Shown here one piece after another: positions 9,601 to 19,685 of a DNA stretch of 38,537 bases. The stretch lies in NCBI GenBank assembly GCA_040220235.1, contig JAVJTO010000022.1; one strand, given 5' to 3'. The position numbers were made by a program, and so were the translations under genes. The DNA is from Coleofasciculus sp. B1-GNL1-01. Its GTDB lineage: Bacteria > Cyanobacteriota > Cyanobacteriia > Cyanobacteriales > Coleofasciculaceae. Position 1 is the stretch's first letter; the number at the start of each line of letters is the position of its first letter. The notes below the pieces were generated by a model. That model was given only the letters and a program-made list of their open reading frames with translations, ran no database searches and had not been told where the DNA came from.

Positions 9601-9751
9601 TAAGCTGTTCGGCATTTAAACCTTAATGTCAATAATGACGAAATCCTTGTAGTGCGTTTAGCGAAGCCATGCCGCAGGCTTTAGCGAAGCCATGCCGCAG
9701 GCTTTGCATCTTGCTCGCTACTAATACCCAATTTAAATGCATGACAGCTTA
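9601..9751. mobile_element. MITE (TAAGCTGTTCGGCATTTAAA...TTTAAATGCATGACAGCTTA)
   Basis: Imperfect 20-bp inverted ends bounded by TA, with an internal tandem 23-bp unit TTTAGCGAAGCCATGCCGCAGGC x2 (9657-9702). Confidence 0.75.
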
Positions 9752-9824
9752 CCATTAAATTGAATATTTTTATGATCTCTGTGTCGGTTGGCTTGATTTG
9801 AGGAAAACCTAGCTTAAATCAAGA

Positions 9825-11417
9825 TTAAAACGTCAATGTAACTCGGATAGTGCCGACATAAATTGCATCATTATCGCCGTTGTGTTCTGGATTAGTAATC
9901 ACAAAGACTCCTGGAGTAATCGAGATATCGTCATTAAGCGGAAAACGGTAAAATGTTTCTAGATGTAACGCTGTATCCCGATCCTCAAAATCCGCGCCCA
10001 GTTCATTATTAAGAATCTTCGGCGGTTGACCAATTAGAATACCTACCAAACTATCTTCTTTGCCAAAATCTGGCAAAGCCAACAACATCGACCAGGTAAT
10101 GATATTAGCATTAGGTTGATTGGGTAAGTCATTAGCTTGCGCTTGAATTAAACCCACTCGCCCGCCTAAAATAAATCCTGGATTGACTCGTATAGAGGCT
10201 TCAGCGGCAAAAGAGTTAGCTGTTACGTCTTCAGTCTCGCGATTAAACGGATCACTGGTTAATTCGCTACCAGTTCCCGTATTAAAACTATTTGAGGAAC
10301 GGGTGTATGTGAAACTTAAAGAGGCGATGTCACTAGGTTGCCAGGTTAATTGCGCGATCGCAGCATAAGTATCATTGCCCAAAATCCCATTATCGGCTTC
10401 ATTGGCATCAATGGCAACATAGCCCAAGGATAGATTAACAGACTCCCCCAAGTTCTGAGAAATGCCAATTCCCGCCCCTTCTCCTTGACGACGGATGGGA
10501 TTTTCTCGCCCAAAGGTGGAAATGGAACCATCCCCACTTCCGCTAAATAGAGGGTTGACGGTGGGGATTAAATCGCCTAACCCGATTCCTACTGTACCCA
10601 GACTCACTTGGGTTTGGGGAGTGACTAAAAATCGGTACTCTAATTCATCAAGTTCGACTTCATTGTCATCCTTTCCATCAAACCCTAAGTTTGCCATTTG
10701 TGTCCCTGTGGCTTCGGCAAATTCGGGAATATCACGACCTTGCAAACGGATTTGTAGTCTATCTTTTCCGGTAAAACTGGTTTCTAAGGTGAGGCGAACT
10801 CGATTGCCAAAGGTGAGATTATTGTCAATGGTTTCACCACTTCCATCAGCTTTTTTTGTCCCCTGAACTCCACTAAACGCAAGAATCACCTCTCCTTCTA
10901 ATTCGGTGGTGGGAGAAAATTGCCGAGATTCTAATTGAGTTGTGCGATTTTCTAGGCTGTATACCCGTTCTGCAAGTAGGTTTAATTCAGTAGAAAAATC
11001 TTGTTGTAACCGTTGCAGTGTTTTTAGATCAGTTTCGGCAACGGGGTTGGTTGTACTGTTGATATTTTGTTCGTAAACGTAATCTAGACAAGCCTTTAAT
11101 CCAGCGGCAAATTCATAGCGAGTCAGGGTTTGATTGCCGCGATAGGTGTTATTAGGATATCCGCTGAGACAACCATAGCGGTCAATGAGCGATCGCAATG
11201 CCTGAAATGCCCAATCATCAGCACTGACATCGGCTAGCTGAGATACAGGTGTGACGGTGTTCATGTCACTATGGGTGAGTTCCTTTGATCGTGAATAATT
11301 AGAGTCAATATCGGTTGTCAGAAACTCATTGGCTAGGGTAGTATGTGTTCCTATTAAAGGACAAACTAATACAATCATTAAAAGCCCTAGTTTTTGATAT
11401 AAAATTTGTCCGATCAT
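9825..11417 (-). CDS. SLH-domain cyanobacterial outer-membrane porin (OprB / SomA / 'iron uptake porin' family)
   Basis: Signal peptide; SLH segment VSQLADVSADDWAFQALRSLIDRYGC...RYEFAAGL; QFSPTTELEGEV; TSFTGKDRL; C-terminal NDDISITPGVFVITNPEH...GTIRVTLTF ending in Phe. Confidence 0.93.
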   Translation of the reverse strand: MIGQILYQKLGLLMIVLVCPLIGTHTTLANEFLTTDIDSNYSRSKELTHSDMNTVTPVSQLADVSADDWAFQALRSLIDRYGCLSGYPNNTYRGNQTLTRYEFAAGLKACLDYVYEQNINSTTNPVAETDLKTLQRLQQDFSTELNLLAERVYSLENRTTQLESRQFSPTTELEGEVILAFSGVQGTKKADGSGETIDNNLTFGNRVRLTLETSFTGKDRLQIRLQGRDIPEFAEATGTQMANLGFDGKDDNEVELDELEYRFLVTPQTQVSLGTVGIGLGDLIPTVNPLFSGSGDGSISTFGRENPIRRQGEGAGIGISQNLGESVNLSLGYVAIDANEADNGILGNDTYAAIAQLTWQPSDIASLSFTYTRSSNSFNTGTGSELTSDPFNRETEDVTANSFAAEASIRVNPGFILGGRVGLIQAQANDLPNQPNANIITWSMLLALPDFGKEDSLVGILIGQPPKILNNELGADFEDRDTALHLETFYRFPLNDDISITPGVFVITNPEHNGDNDAIYVGTIRVTLTF

Positions 11418-11420
11418 CTT

Positions 11421-12422
11421 TTATTTGAGACGTTGTTCACACAGTTCTAATAAAGATTCGGTAAATTGACACCGATCTGGAAACTGAGTGCTGATGTAAA
11501 TATGTCGCACTAAGGTTAAGGTTGTATAAGACTGAATCGCTGGACGAAGGGCTTCACCTGCAAGCTGAATAAATCTCTCCGCTAACGCATTTTCTCGATC
11601 CACTAAGGCTTCGGGATTGCCTAAAGTTCGCAAACTTTGCTCGGTGATATGTCCAATAAAGTTACCAATATCTAAGCCGGGATTGCCTTGACAATATAAG
11701 TCCAAATCCAGTAAATAAAGGCGATTGTTATCGACAAGAATTTGGTCAGGATAAAAGTCGCGATGAATACCCAGAAGTTGTGGTTCTGGGGTTATTGCTG
11801 CCACGCGATCGCACGCCACTAAAATTTGCTTTAAACGGGTTTCCCACTGGGGTTTGAGTTGAGACACTAGGGGCAGACGTTCGTGCAAAATTCGCAGTTC
11901 ATCGGCTATGGTGTGGCGGCGCTGGGGCGGAATTTTGGCTTGATGTAGTTTATAAATGGCTTCGGCAATGTGTTTAGCTAGGGTAATTCCTTGGGGTTGG
12001 GGGAGTAATTTTGTGGCGGTGACTCCGGGGACTTTGCGCTGAAGCCACATCTGAAAGTCGGGAATTATGGCGATAGGTTCGGGGATACTAATTCCATCGT
12101 TACTATTATCGGTAAATCCTTTCTGCCAAAGGGCTTGGTTGAGTTGATAGCTTTTAAAATCAGTGCCTTTTGCCCGTACTTTACCGAGCAGGGTGATGGG
12201 AATGGTGGAATGATTGGGATGGGTTAGGTTGTATTCTATTAAGCAGCGACGTCCGGGTTTGTAGCGAATGACTTTAATCGCACAAAGGTTGCTTTTCTGA
12301 AGGGGTTGTGGTAGGTTTTTGGTGAGTTCTTGCTGGACGGTGATTGGGTTAAGGGCTGCGGTAAGGAATGACAGGTTTGGATCGGTGGTGATGTTGAATG
12401 GATCGATTACGGGAATGGTCAT
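11421..12422 (-). CDS. Aminoglycoside-phosphotransferase-like (APH/choline kinase fold) small-molecule kinase
   Basis: RYKPGRRCLIEY, catalytic HRDFYPDQIL and metal-binding LLDLD, followed by LDIGNFIGH. Confidence 0.85.
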   Translation of the reverse strand: MTIPVIDPFNITTDPNLSFLTAALNPITVQQELTKNLPQPLQKSNLCAIKVIRYKPGRRCLIEYNLTHPNHSTIPITLLGKVRAKGTDFKSYQLNQALWQKGFTDNSNDGISIPEPIAIIPDFQMWLQRKVPGVTATKLLPQPQGITLAKHIAEAIYKLHQAKIPPQRRHTIADELRILHERLPLVSQLKPQWETRLKQILVACDRVAAITPEPQLLGIHRDFYPDQILVDNNRLYLLDLDLYCQGNPGLDIGNFIGHITEQSLRTLGNPEALVDRENALAERFIQLAGEALRPAIQSYTTLTLVRHIYISTQFPDRCQFTESLLELCEQRLK

Positions 12423-12473
12423 GGAGTTGACGATTTTAAATGGAAATTAGTGGTGTCGAAATGATGTTTTTTT

Positions 12474-12576
12474 AACGCAGAGGGGCGCAGAGGTAAGCGC
12501 AGAGGGGCGCAGAGGTTTTGGGGGATTTGGATGATGGGTTGGGGGATTTGGAGGATGGGTTGGGGGATTTGGAGGA
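12474..12576. repeat. Short tandem repeats
   Basis: CGCAGAGG x4 (12476-12515), then TTGGGGGATTTGGAKGATGGG about 2.8 copies (12518-12576). Confidence 0.75.
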
Positions 12577-12675
12577 ATTATGGGACATGAGAGGGGTTCT
12601 GTGTCAATTGTTATTATTTTGTTGTATCCTTGTCGCCATATTTTCCTATCTGCCTAATACTTATTCAACCGCCCC

Positions 12676-12861
12676 TAAGTAGTCGGACAAAAGAAAATGG
12701 CACTGTACTAAGTTTTGTCAATAGCTCTCAAACCCTTACAAAGGACAAAGGACAAATGACAAATGACAAATGACAAATGACGAATGACGAATGACGAATG
12801 ACGAATGACGAATGACGAATGACGATCTCCACCGTTAGCTTTTATGGTGTTCACCTACTTA
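12676..12861. mobile_element. MITE of the TAAGTAG-ended family containing a heptamer array
   Basis: TAAGTAGTCGGACAAAAGAAAA...GTTCACCTACTTA with interior CAAAGGA x2, CAAATGA x4, CGAATGA x6. The right end overlaps the last codons of the ABC gene. Confidence 0.8.
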
Positions 12862-14668
12862 TTTCTTGCTTTTTGTTTTCTCTATCGGCTGGAGATTGCA
12901 TCTGATATAAGCTGGTATATTTTTTATTGAGTTGGATTAATTGGGAGTGGGTTCCTTGTTCTAGGATTTGTCCGTTTTCCATGTAGAGAATTAAATCAGC
13001 ATGAGCGGCGAGGGTTAAGTCATGGGTGATGAGAAAGGTGGTGCGGTTTTTGGCTACGCTTTCTAGGGCGGTAATCACGGCTTTTTCGTTATGTTTGTCT
13101 AAACCTGTGGTGGGTTCATCGAGGATGAGAATTGGGGCTTGGCGAATGGCGGCTCGGGCGATGGCTAAACGTTGACGTTGTCCCCCGGAGAGGGTAGAGC
13201 CTCGCTCGCCTAAGATGGTGTCGTAGCCTTGGGGAAGTGCTTCGACAAATTCGTGAGCATTAGCAAGACGCACGGCTGCTTTAATCTGGGCGTGGGTAGC
13301 ATCGGGTACTCCATAAGCGATGTTTTCCCAAACGGTGGCGGCAAAGAGTATACTGTCTTGCATGACGACACTAATTTGAGTTCGTAATGATTTGAGGGTA
13401 TAGTCACGAATATCTCGTCCATCAATCATGACTCGCCCTTCAGTGGGGTCATACAAACGCAAAAGTAGGCTCAAGAGTGTTGATTTACCACTCCCGGAAG
13501 TACCCACGAGAGCCACTTTTTGTCCGGGTTTTATGTCTAATTCAATGGCTTTGAGTAAGGGATTTCCGGGTTGATAGGCAAAGCTAACACAATCAAATCG
13601 GACATATCCTTTAAATGGAGGCGCGACAATGGCAAAGGGGGAATCGCTAATCTCTGGTGTTTCATCTAAAATGTCTAAAACACGCTCCCCAGAGGCGACT
13701 GCTTTTGATAGTCGCCCGGTATATTTGGCGAAGTTTTGTATAGGTTTAAAGGCTTGTTTGAGATAGGTTAAGAAAACGAGAACATCGCCAGGGGTTAGAG
13801 CATCTCGTAATGTCAGTTTTGCACCATACCACAAGACAATAGCTGTACCAATGGCGATGACGACATCCACAGTACGTTCTAAGCTAGCGGATAAGCGTTG
13901 GGTTTTCACGCTTTCTTTGAGACTGCGGTGATTGGCTTGGGAGAAGACATTGGCGAAGGCGTCTTGCAGGGAAAGGGCTTGTACTAATTTAATTGCGCCA
14001 ATTGATTCGGCTAGAGTGGCGGCGACAGCCCCCTCACGCCAACGTTGCTGACGCGAGGCTTGCTGGATTCGCTCACTTAGACGGGTGGCGGCAAACCAAA
14101 AGAAGGGTAAGGTAATTAATGCTAGTAATGTTAGATCGCGATCGATCCAAATCATGATTCCAATCATACCCAAGAGTGTCATAATGCTGACGAGAAGGGG
14201 CATGATGGCGGTGAGGACAATTTCTTGTAATCGGGTGGTATCGGTGCTGATTCGCACTAATAAATCACCACTTCTGGCTTTGGTATGGTAGGAGAGAGAT
14301 AGGCATTGAAGATGGCGATAGAGTTGTTCGCGAATTTCGGTTAAGATGCGGCTACTGGCTAGGGCTAAACTCACGGTACTCCAGTAAGATGCTATTGCTC
14401 GTAGTGCGGTGATGGCGATTAACCCGAAAGCCGATAGGGTTAGCAATGTTACTGGATCAAAACGATTGAGAATACTAATGTTTTTATCGGGTGCATTAAT
14501 TAAAATATAGTCAAAAACAAATTTCAGGGGCCACGGTTCAAGTAATCGTAATACTACCTCAGCGAATAGAGCGAATCCCGCTGTGATTAAGAGTAAACTT
14601 TGTTTCTGAAGATAGGGGGAGAAGCGATGTAATATTCGCCAAAAACTAGGGATGGATTTTTGTGTCAT
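12851..14668 (-). CDS. ABC exporter, fused permease + ATPase (ABCB/MsbA-like)
   Basis: Transmembrane domain, Walker A GTSGSGKS, signature LSGGQRQR, Walker B ILILDE and H-loop ITH. I prefer ATG 14668 because the ATG at 14689 lies within heptamer repeats. Confidence 0.93.
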   Translation of the reverse strand: MTQKSIPSFWRILHRFSPYLQKQSLLLITAGFALFAEVVLRLLEPWPLKFVFDYILINAPDKNISILNRFDPVTLLTLSAFGLIAITALRAIASYWSTVSLALASSRILTEIREQLYRHLQCLSLSYHTKARSGDLLVRISTDTTRLQEIVLTAIMPLLVSIMTLLGMIGIMIWIDRDLTLLALITLPFFWFAATRLSERIQQASRQQRWREGAVAATLAESIGAIKLVQALSLQDAFANVFSQANHRSLKESVKTQRLSASLERTVDVVIAIGTAIVLWYGAKLTLRDALTPGDVLVFLTYLKQAFKPIQNFAKYTGRLSKAVASGERVLDILDETPEISDSPFAIVAPPFKGYVRFDCVSFAYQPGNPLLKAIELDIKPGQKVALVGTSGSGKSTLLSLLLRLYDPTEGRVMIDGRDIRDYTLKSLRTQISVVMQDSILFAATVWENIAYGVPDATHAQIKAAVRLANAHEFVEALPQGYDTILGERGSTLSGGQRQRLAIARAAIRQAPILILDEPTTGLDKHNEKAVITALESVAKNRTTFLITHDLTLAAHADLILYMENGQILEQGTHSQLIQLNKKYTSLYQMQSPADRENKKQEISR

Positions 14669-14677
14669 TTGTCTTAT

Positions 14678-14851
14678 GTCATTCGTCATTCGTCATTTGT
14701 CATTTGTCATTTGTCATTCGTCATTTGTCATTGGAAAAATATTGCTTCATCTCCCCCATCTTCCCTATCTCCCCCATCTTCCCTATCTCCCCCATCTCCC
14801 CCATCTTCCCTATCTCCCCTATCTCCCCTATCTCCCCTATCTTCCCCATCT
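14678..14851. repeat. Heptamer array (TCATTYG) and 9-bp array (CTCCCCATC/TTCCCTATC)
   Basis: Heptamers at 14678-14732 and 9-mers at ~14747-14851, the latter translated as EMGKIGEIGEIG... at the end of the glycosyltransferase. Confidence 0.85.
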
Positions 14852-16016
14852 CTTCTACTCCCCCTGCCATACCTGCGATTTCTAATAGACGTTTCGCGAT
14901 CGCATCCCAGGTATGATGGTGCTGTATTGTCTGTCTGGCGGCTTTTCCTAGCTGTTTGCCCCATTCAGGATTATGGTAGAGGCGCTCTAGGGTGGCGGCT
15001 AAGGCTACGGCGTCGCCTGGAGGACACAATAACCCATTAATTTCATCCTCAATTAATTCTCTCAATTGTCCAATACGACTCGCCACCACAGGTAATCCGG
15101 CTGCCATGTATTCATAGACTTTTAAGGGTGAAAAATAAAAGTCAGATTGGTGCGGATAAGGAGCAACGGCAACAGTCATTTTTGCTAAAAGTTTAGGGAT
15201 GGTATCAGGAGTAACGGCTCCGGTAAAATGAGTCACCTCTAATAATTCGCGTGCTGATAATTCTGTGACTAAATTATCCCGTTCGGGTCCATCCCCAACA
15301 ATTAATAGTCGCGTATTCTCATACTTTTGATGTAGGGTGTCAAAGGCTTCGACTAAAACCGATAATCCATGCCAAGGCTTGAGAGTGCCAACAAATCCCA
15401 CGGTGAATGGTTCCGGCTGAATCGATAAGGCTGATTCAATATCAACGGAAAAACGATCTGGGTTAACGCCATTAGCAATCACATACACTCGTTTACTTAC
15501 TCCCGGATATGTTTCTATATAAGTCTTAATTTCTTCAGACACGGCAATAATTGCACTGGCTGTACTAAACACTTGCTGTGCCACTTGTTCCGCCAGCCTG
15601 CGATTGACTAAACCCCGATGTTTTGCCTGTTCTTCAATTAAGGGAGCATTGACTTCTAAAATCCCTGGTATTCCCATAGACTTGGCATAATCCATTCCGG
15701 TAAAACTCCAGAGCGAGTAACGCTCATAAACTAAGTTGAAAATACCGTTATTTTCCAGTGCTATACGTAGATCAAGGTTAGCAGATAGGGCAGCTTGTTC
15801 ACGGGCAGCTATTTCGCCTTTGGGAATAGAGGGTAAACAATGAACAATGACATCGGCTAAATCCGGTGGCGGCTCACCACCAATTCGTGTGGCAAATAAC
15901 TCAACCTGTATTCCTAGTTTTAGCCAAGCACGAATTACCTCCTGAACATGAATCGAGCAACCTTTTTGACCAAAAACTGGAATACCTGGATCAGCGCAAA
16001 TGTAAGCAATTCGCAT
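14721..16016 (-). CDS. Glycosyltransferase family 4 (GT-B)
   Basis: MRIAYICADPGIPVFG; LVYERYSL; GFVGTLKPWHG; FYFSPLKVYEYMAAGLPVVAS; low-complexity repeat-derived tail. Confidence 0.92.
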   Translation of the reverse strand: MRIAYICADPGIPVFGQKGCSIHVQEVIRAWLKLGIQVELFATRIGGEPPPDLADVIVHCLPSIPKGEIAAREQAALSANLDLRIALENNGIFNLVYERYSLWSFTGMDYAKSMGIPGILEVNAPLIEEQAKHRGLVNRRLAEQVAQQVFSTASAIIAVSEEIKTYIETYPGVSKRVYVIANGVNPDRFSVDIESALSIQPEPFTVGFVGTLKPWHGLSVLVEAFDTLHQKYENTRLLIVGDGPERDNLVTELSARELLEVTHFTGAVTPDTIPKLLAKMTVAVAPYPHQSDFYFSPLKVYEYMAAGLPVVASRIGQLRELIEDEINGLLCPPGDAVALAATLERLYHNPEWGKQLGKAARQTIQHHHTWDAIAKRLLEIAGMAGGVEEMGKIGEIGEIGEIGKMGEMGEIGKMGEIGKMGEMKQYFSNDK

Positions 16017-16092
16017 ATTTTATAGTCTCAACAAACGATAAACAACTAGCTTTATTTTTAACCCTATTTTCCCTCAATTATCCCTGTGTTAT

Positions 16093-16343
16093 GGATAAAA
16101 AAAATAGGTCTGTAGGGGCGGGTTTCACCACTTAACTTTATTTTTGACCCTAATGTTACTAAACCCGCCCTGAATCAGGGATAAAAAAAATAGGTCTGTA
16201 GGGGCGGGTTTTACCACTTAACTTTATTTTTGACCCTAATGTTACTAAACCCGCCCTGAATCAGGGATAAAAAAAATAGGTCTGTAGGGGCGGGTTTTAC
16301 CACTTAATTTTATTCTTGACCCTGATGTCACTAAACCCGCCCC
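16093..16343. repeat. Triple 86-bp tandem repeat, each unit holding a GTAG REP hairpin
   Basis: Units start at 16093, 16179 and 16265: GGATAAAAAAAATAGGTCTGTAGGGGCGGGTTT...ACTAAACCCGCCC. Confidence 0.92.
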
Positions 16344-16424
16344 GTCTCAAGTCTGGAATAAAAGGGTTATTTGACAAATGACAAGATATCCTGTTTGGTA
16401 ACGCGATCGCTCAACCCAACCTAC

Positions 16425-17762
16425 TTATACATTTTGTGCAAAACTAACATTATCATGTTGATTATTTGGCGATATTTGATTAGAGACAACTGGAGAAGAC
16501 TGTAACTTATCTTGATTAACGACTTGATTAAAAATAGTCCGCAAAACCGCAGTATTACGATAAATGTCAAACTCTGACTCCATCAATTGCCGCGCTTTAG
16601 TTGCCAGTTTTACCCGTAAACTGGAATTAATCAGTAAGCGTTCTAGGGCATTTGCCAACGCCTGAGAATCATGTTGAGCCACCATCAATCCCGTCTCTTC
16701 ATGACGCACAACTTCAGGAATTCCGGTTACATCAGTAGCCACACAAGGCGTACCCAGCGCCATCGTTTCCAGTAAAACCGTTGGTAAACCCTCACGATTT
16801 CCATCGCTACCAATAATATAAGGTGCAGCAAATACAGCCGCATTCTGGATATGCTCAAAGACTTCATTTTGAGGACGCGAACCAATAATTTCAACCTTTG
16901 ATTCTAAACCAAGGCGTTGAATTTGCTCTCGTAGATTTGCTGCTAATGAACCTGAGCCAATAATTTGACAGTGAAACAAACAGCCGCGATGGGCAAGAAT
17001 CGAACAAGCGTCAATTAATACAGAAACCCCTTTTTTCTCCACCAATCGACTGACTGAAAGAATAGTGGGTGGGCGTTCTTGGGGAGATTTATACCCCAAC
17101 TGGTTTAAATTCAAGCCATTATAAATGCGCTGTATAGGGGCTGCGGCTGCACCATACATCTGTTGTAAATACTTGAGATTATAGTCACTAACCGTAATCA
17201 CACTTGCCGCATCTTGTAGCTTCCGTTTCATGTCTTCCGGTTCGACACTTTCATGGAAAATATCCTTAGCATGAGCCGTGAAGGTATAAGTAATTCCGGC
17301 AAAGTGGGCAGCCAAACGAGCGACACTGGTTGCCACTGTACCAAAGTGGGCGTGGAGATGACTAATATTTTTTAACCGTACCTCTCGTGCTAACCAGGCG
17401 GCTTGATAAACGGTACTGGCTTTTTCTCCTTGAGCCAACTCTAATTTTGTCCAAAAATCGGGGATAATTTTACTGGCTTCCTGAAGTTCTGCCCAGAAGA
17501 AGCTAGCGGCTGTTGGGTTAAGGCTATTGAGAGATTCGCTAACTCGCCCTTGGATGGGTTTACGAATATAGTAAACGGGAGCACGAACTTGGGAAATAAT
17601 ATTTTGAAAATGAGTTTCCGCCGGAGGGCGTAGGGCAAATATTTCGATCTCTAATCCAGCGGCTTCATGGGCTAAAATTTCATTGACGACGAATGTTTCT
17701 GAGTAGCGTGGATAACGCTTGAGAACATAACCAACGCGGTTTAATTGTGTGGAAAGCATCAT
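16425..17762 (-). CDS. Glycosyltransferase family 4 (WcaL-like)
   Basis: GYVLKRYPRYSETFVVNEI; HLHAHFG; FTAHAKDIF; RLVEKKG; DGNREGLPTVLLETMALG (EX7E). Confidence 0.92.
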   Translation of the reverse strand: MMLSTQLNRVGYVLKRYPRYSETFVVNEILAHEAAGLEIEIFALRPPAETHFQNIISQVRAPVYYIRKPIQGRVSESLNSLNPTAASFFWAELQEASKIIPDFWTKLELAQGEKASTVYQAAWLAREVRLKNISHLHAHFGTVATSVARLAAHFAGITYTFTAHAKDIFHESVEPEDMKRKLQDAASVITVSDYNLKYLQQMYGAAAAPIQRIYNGLNLNQLGYKSPQERPPTILSVSRLVEKKGVSVLIDACSILAHRGCLFHCQIIGSGSLAANLREQIQRLGLESKVEIIGSRPQNEVFEHIQNAAVFAAPYIIGSDGNREGLPTVLLETMALGTPCVATDVTGIPEVVRHEETGLMVAQHDSQALANALERLLINSSLRVKLATKARQLMESEFDIYRNTAVLRTIFNQVVNQDKLQSSPVVSNQISPNNQHDNVSFAQNV

Positions 17763-17793
17763 TCTTATGGGGGATTAGGTAAAATTTGAATAT

Positions 17794-17934
17794 GTAGGGG
17801 CGGGTTTAACCGATAACGTTTCTACTCAAACCATTAACTGAACTAAACCCGCCCCAACCAAGTCCGATAGTTTCTACATCAACAAATGACTCTTGACAAA
17901 TGACTCTTGACAAATGACAAATGACTCTTGACAA
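17794..17934. repeat. REP hairpin plus heptamer tract
   Basis: GTAGGGGCGGGTTTA...TAAACCCGCCCC (17794-17855); CAAATGA/CTCTTGA alternating heptamers (17883-17934). Confidence 0.8.
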
Positions 17935-17955
17935 ATCTAATTTCTGATTCAAGAA

Positions 17956-19368
17956 TTACGAAACATTAGCCATGGAAATAACTGGGGAATCAACAACAGA
18001 TTCGAGTAAATGAGGTAAACGTGCCAGCCCATGGAAATCGATGCGATCGCGTCGATGTGTCGATGTTCCCATTGTCCCCGATAGCCATTCCCTTAAAGCG
18101 GTGGGCGTGACATTATCGGGATGCAGCATATCAACTAATCCCAAATCCTGTAACCGTTTAGCCCGAATTAACTGTTCCTGGCGCGGTTTAACTCGGGGTA
18201 CAATCAGCGCGGGTTTGTCAAAGGAAAGAACTTCATACGTGGTGTTATAGCCACCCATCGTAATCACACAATCCGCCCGATCTAACAGTTGGGTGGGTTC
18301 AGCCAGAAACTCCAACACTCGCAAACGGGGATGTTTTGCCGCGATTTGGTATAAGTGTTGACGCACAGGAAGGGGCATAAATGGACCGGTTAAAATCACC
18401 CCGTTGGTGTCTGGAGGTAAAGGGGTTTGGGCAAAGGTTTCCGCCAGCTTATCCCCATCTTGCCCACCGCCAACCATACACAGCGCCAGCCGCCCAGGGG
18501 GGAGGTTCAGTGTGGCTAAGGGATCAACGTCGGGAGTATCCACAAATTCCAGTCGTTTGCGCTGATCAAAACAACCGGTATAACGCACCTTTGCGGCTAT
18601 ATCGGGGGAAAATTGACAATCCTCAACCAGATCTGAGATTCTAGGATCACCGTAAATCCACACCGCATCATAATACTTACGAATGATTTCTTCATTCTCT
18701 GCTTGCTGCCATTCCTGCTGTACTTTTATCGGATCATCAAGCACATCCCGTAAACCTAAAACACAACGAGTATCTGTTTGAGTATGCAAATACTCTAGGG
18801 TTAAATCTAATTCTCGAATTGCCCCCCGTGGCACATTATCGACAATGAAGACATCGGGTTGAAAGGATTCGACAGTCGCCCGAATAATATTAGCGCGAAG
18901 ATTGACAATGTGCTGAAGCGACAGATCTAAGCGACGGGATTGATATTCTCCATTGGTTCCTTTATGCAGGGCGGGAAGTGCCACATAATCTACACCATCA
19001 GGAATGTGCAGATTACTTGCCTCACTCATGCCACTAATCAGTAGAATGTCCGTGGGTAAAGCAGACTGGGCAAGGGTTTGAGCCATTAACAAATTGCGTC
19101 GCTTATGACCCAAACCCATCGTATCATGGGAGTACAACACCACCCGCAATTTCTGAGTTCTGGCGCTATTCGGTTGGACAATCGCTGGAGATAGATGGGA
19201 AAACCACCCCGTATGAGCAGCATCAGTCGCACGACTTGTTCGTTCTCTGAAATGAAGATGCTGTGCAATTTCAGCGGTTTTAGATTCAAAACTGGCGGCT
19301 CTTGCTCTATTCAAAAAACGTTCAATTGTGCGCGTTTGTGCTATCATTATTGTCTCCTGATGCTCCAA
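17956..19368 (-). CDS. Predicted glycosyltransferase, COG4671 / GT28 C-terminal-like
   Basis: LYSHDTMGLGHKRRN; LGLRDVLD; MVGGGQDG; MGGYNTTYEVL; VPRVKPRQEQLIRA. The true start may lie downstream. Confidence 0.88.
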   Translation of the reverse strand: MEHQETIMIAQTRTIERFLNRARAASFESKTAEIAQHLHFRERTSRATDAAHTGWFSHLSPAIVQPNSARTQKLRVVLYSHDTMGLGHKRRNLLMAQTLAQSALPTDILLISGMSEASNLHIPDGVDYVALPALHKGTNGEYQSRRLDLSLQHIVNLRANIIRATVESFQPDVFIVDNVPRGAIRELDLTLEYLHTQTDTRCVLGLRDVLDDPIKVQQEWQQAENEEIIRKYYDAVWIYGDPRISDLVEDCQFSPDIAAKVRYTGCFDQRKRLEFVDTPDVDPLATLNLPPGRLALCMVGGGQDGDKLAETFAQTPLPPDTNGVILTGPFMPLPVRQHLYQIAAKHPRLRVLEFLAEPTQLLDRADCVITMGGYNTTYEVLSFDKPALIVPRVKPRQEQLIRAKRLQDLGLVDMLHPDNVTPTALREWLSGTMGTSTHRRDRIDFHGLARLPHLLESVVDSPVISMANVS

Positions 19369-19685
19369 AATGTGGTGTCTTGTGATTGATGTATCCTTTA
19401 GGCGAGCAGGATGATAAAATTGAGGCTTTCCCCTAAAATTTATCTTGCTTTCTGGTGTCTTAACTTTAATTTAATAAACTGCCGTGAAAACAAGGTGATA
19501 CTTTTATGAGAACTCTTTCATGTTTGTGATTAAGAAGGGAATAGAGAACGGGGAACGGGGAACGGGGAGAGACTTGACTGCCCATAAACGAAAAGAGACG
19601 TTGAAGATAACGTCTCTAGATTTATCGGAAAAAATTATGATGATTATTAGGATAACTAATGATTTTGTCCCAGCGCCGCGTCTAA

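Noticed and set aside
11421..12422. Aminoglycoside resistance gene
   Set aside because: Only the kinase fold motifs are shared; the context is a glycosyltransferase/export cluster.
12851..14668. ABC exporter as the RiPP transporter
   Set aside because: It has no C39 peptidase domain, lies about 15 kb away and is embedded in another operon.
14652..15040. Low-complexity ORFs in several frames
   Set aside because: Artefacts of heptamer and 9-mer repeats overlapping the GT and ABC genes.
16093..16343. Possible CRISPR array
   Set aside because: Whole 86-bp units repeat, so there are no unique spacers, and there are no cas genes in the window.
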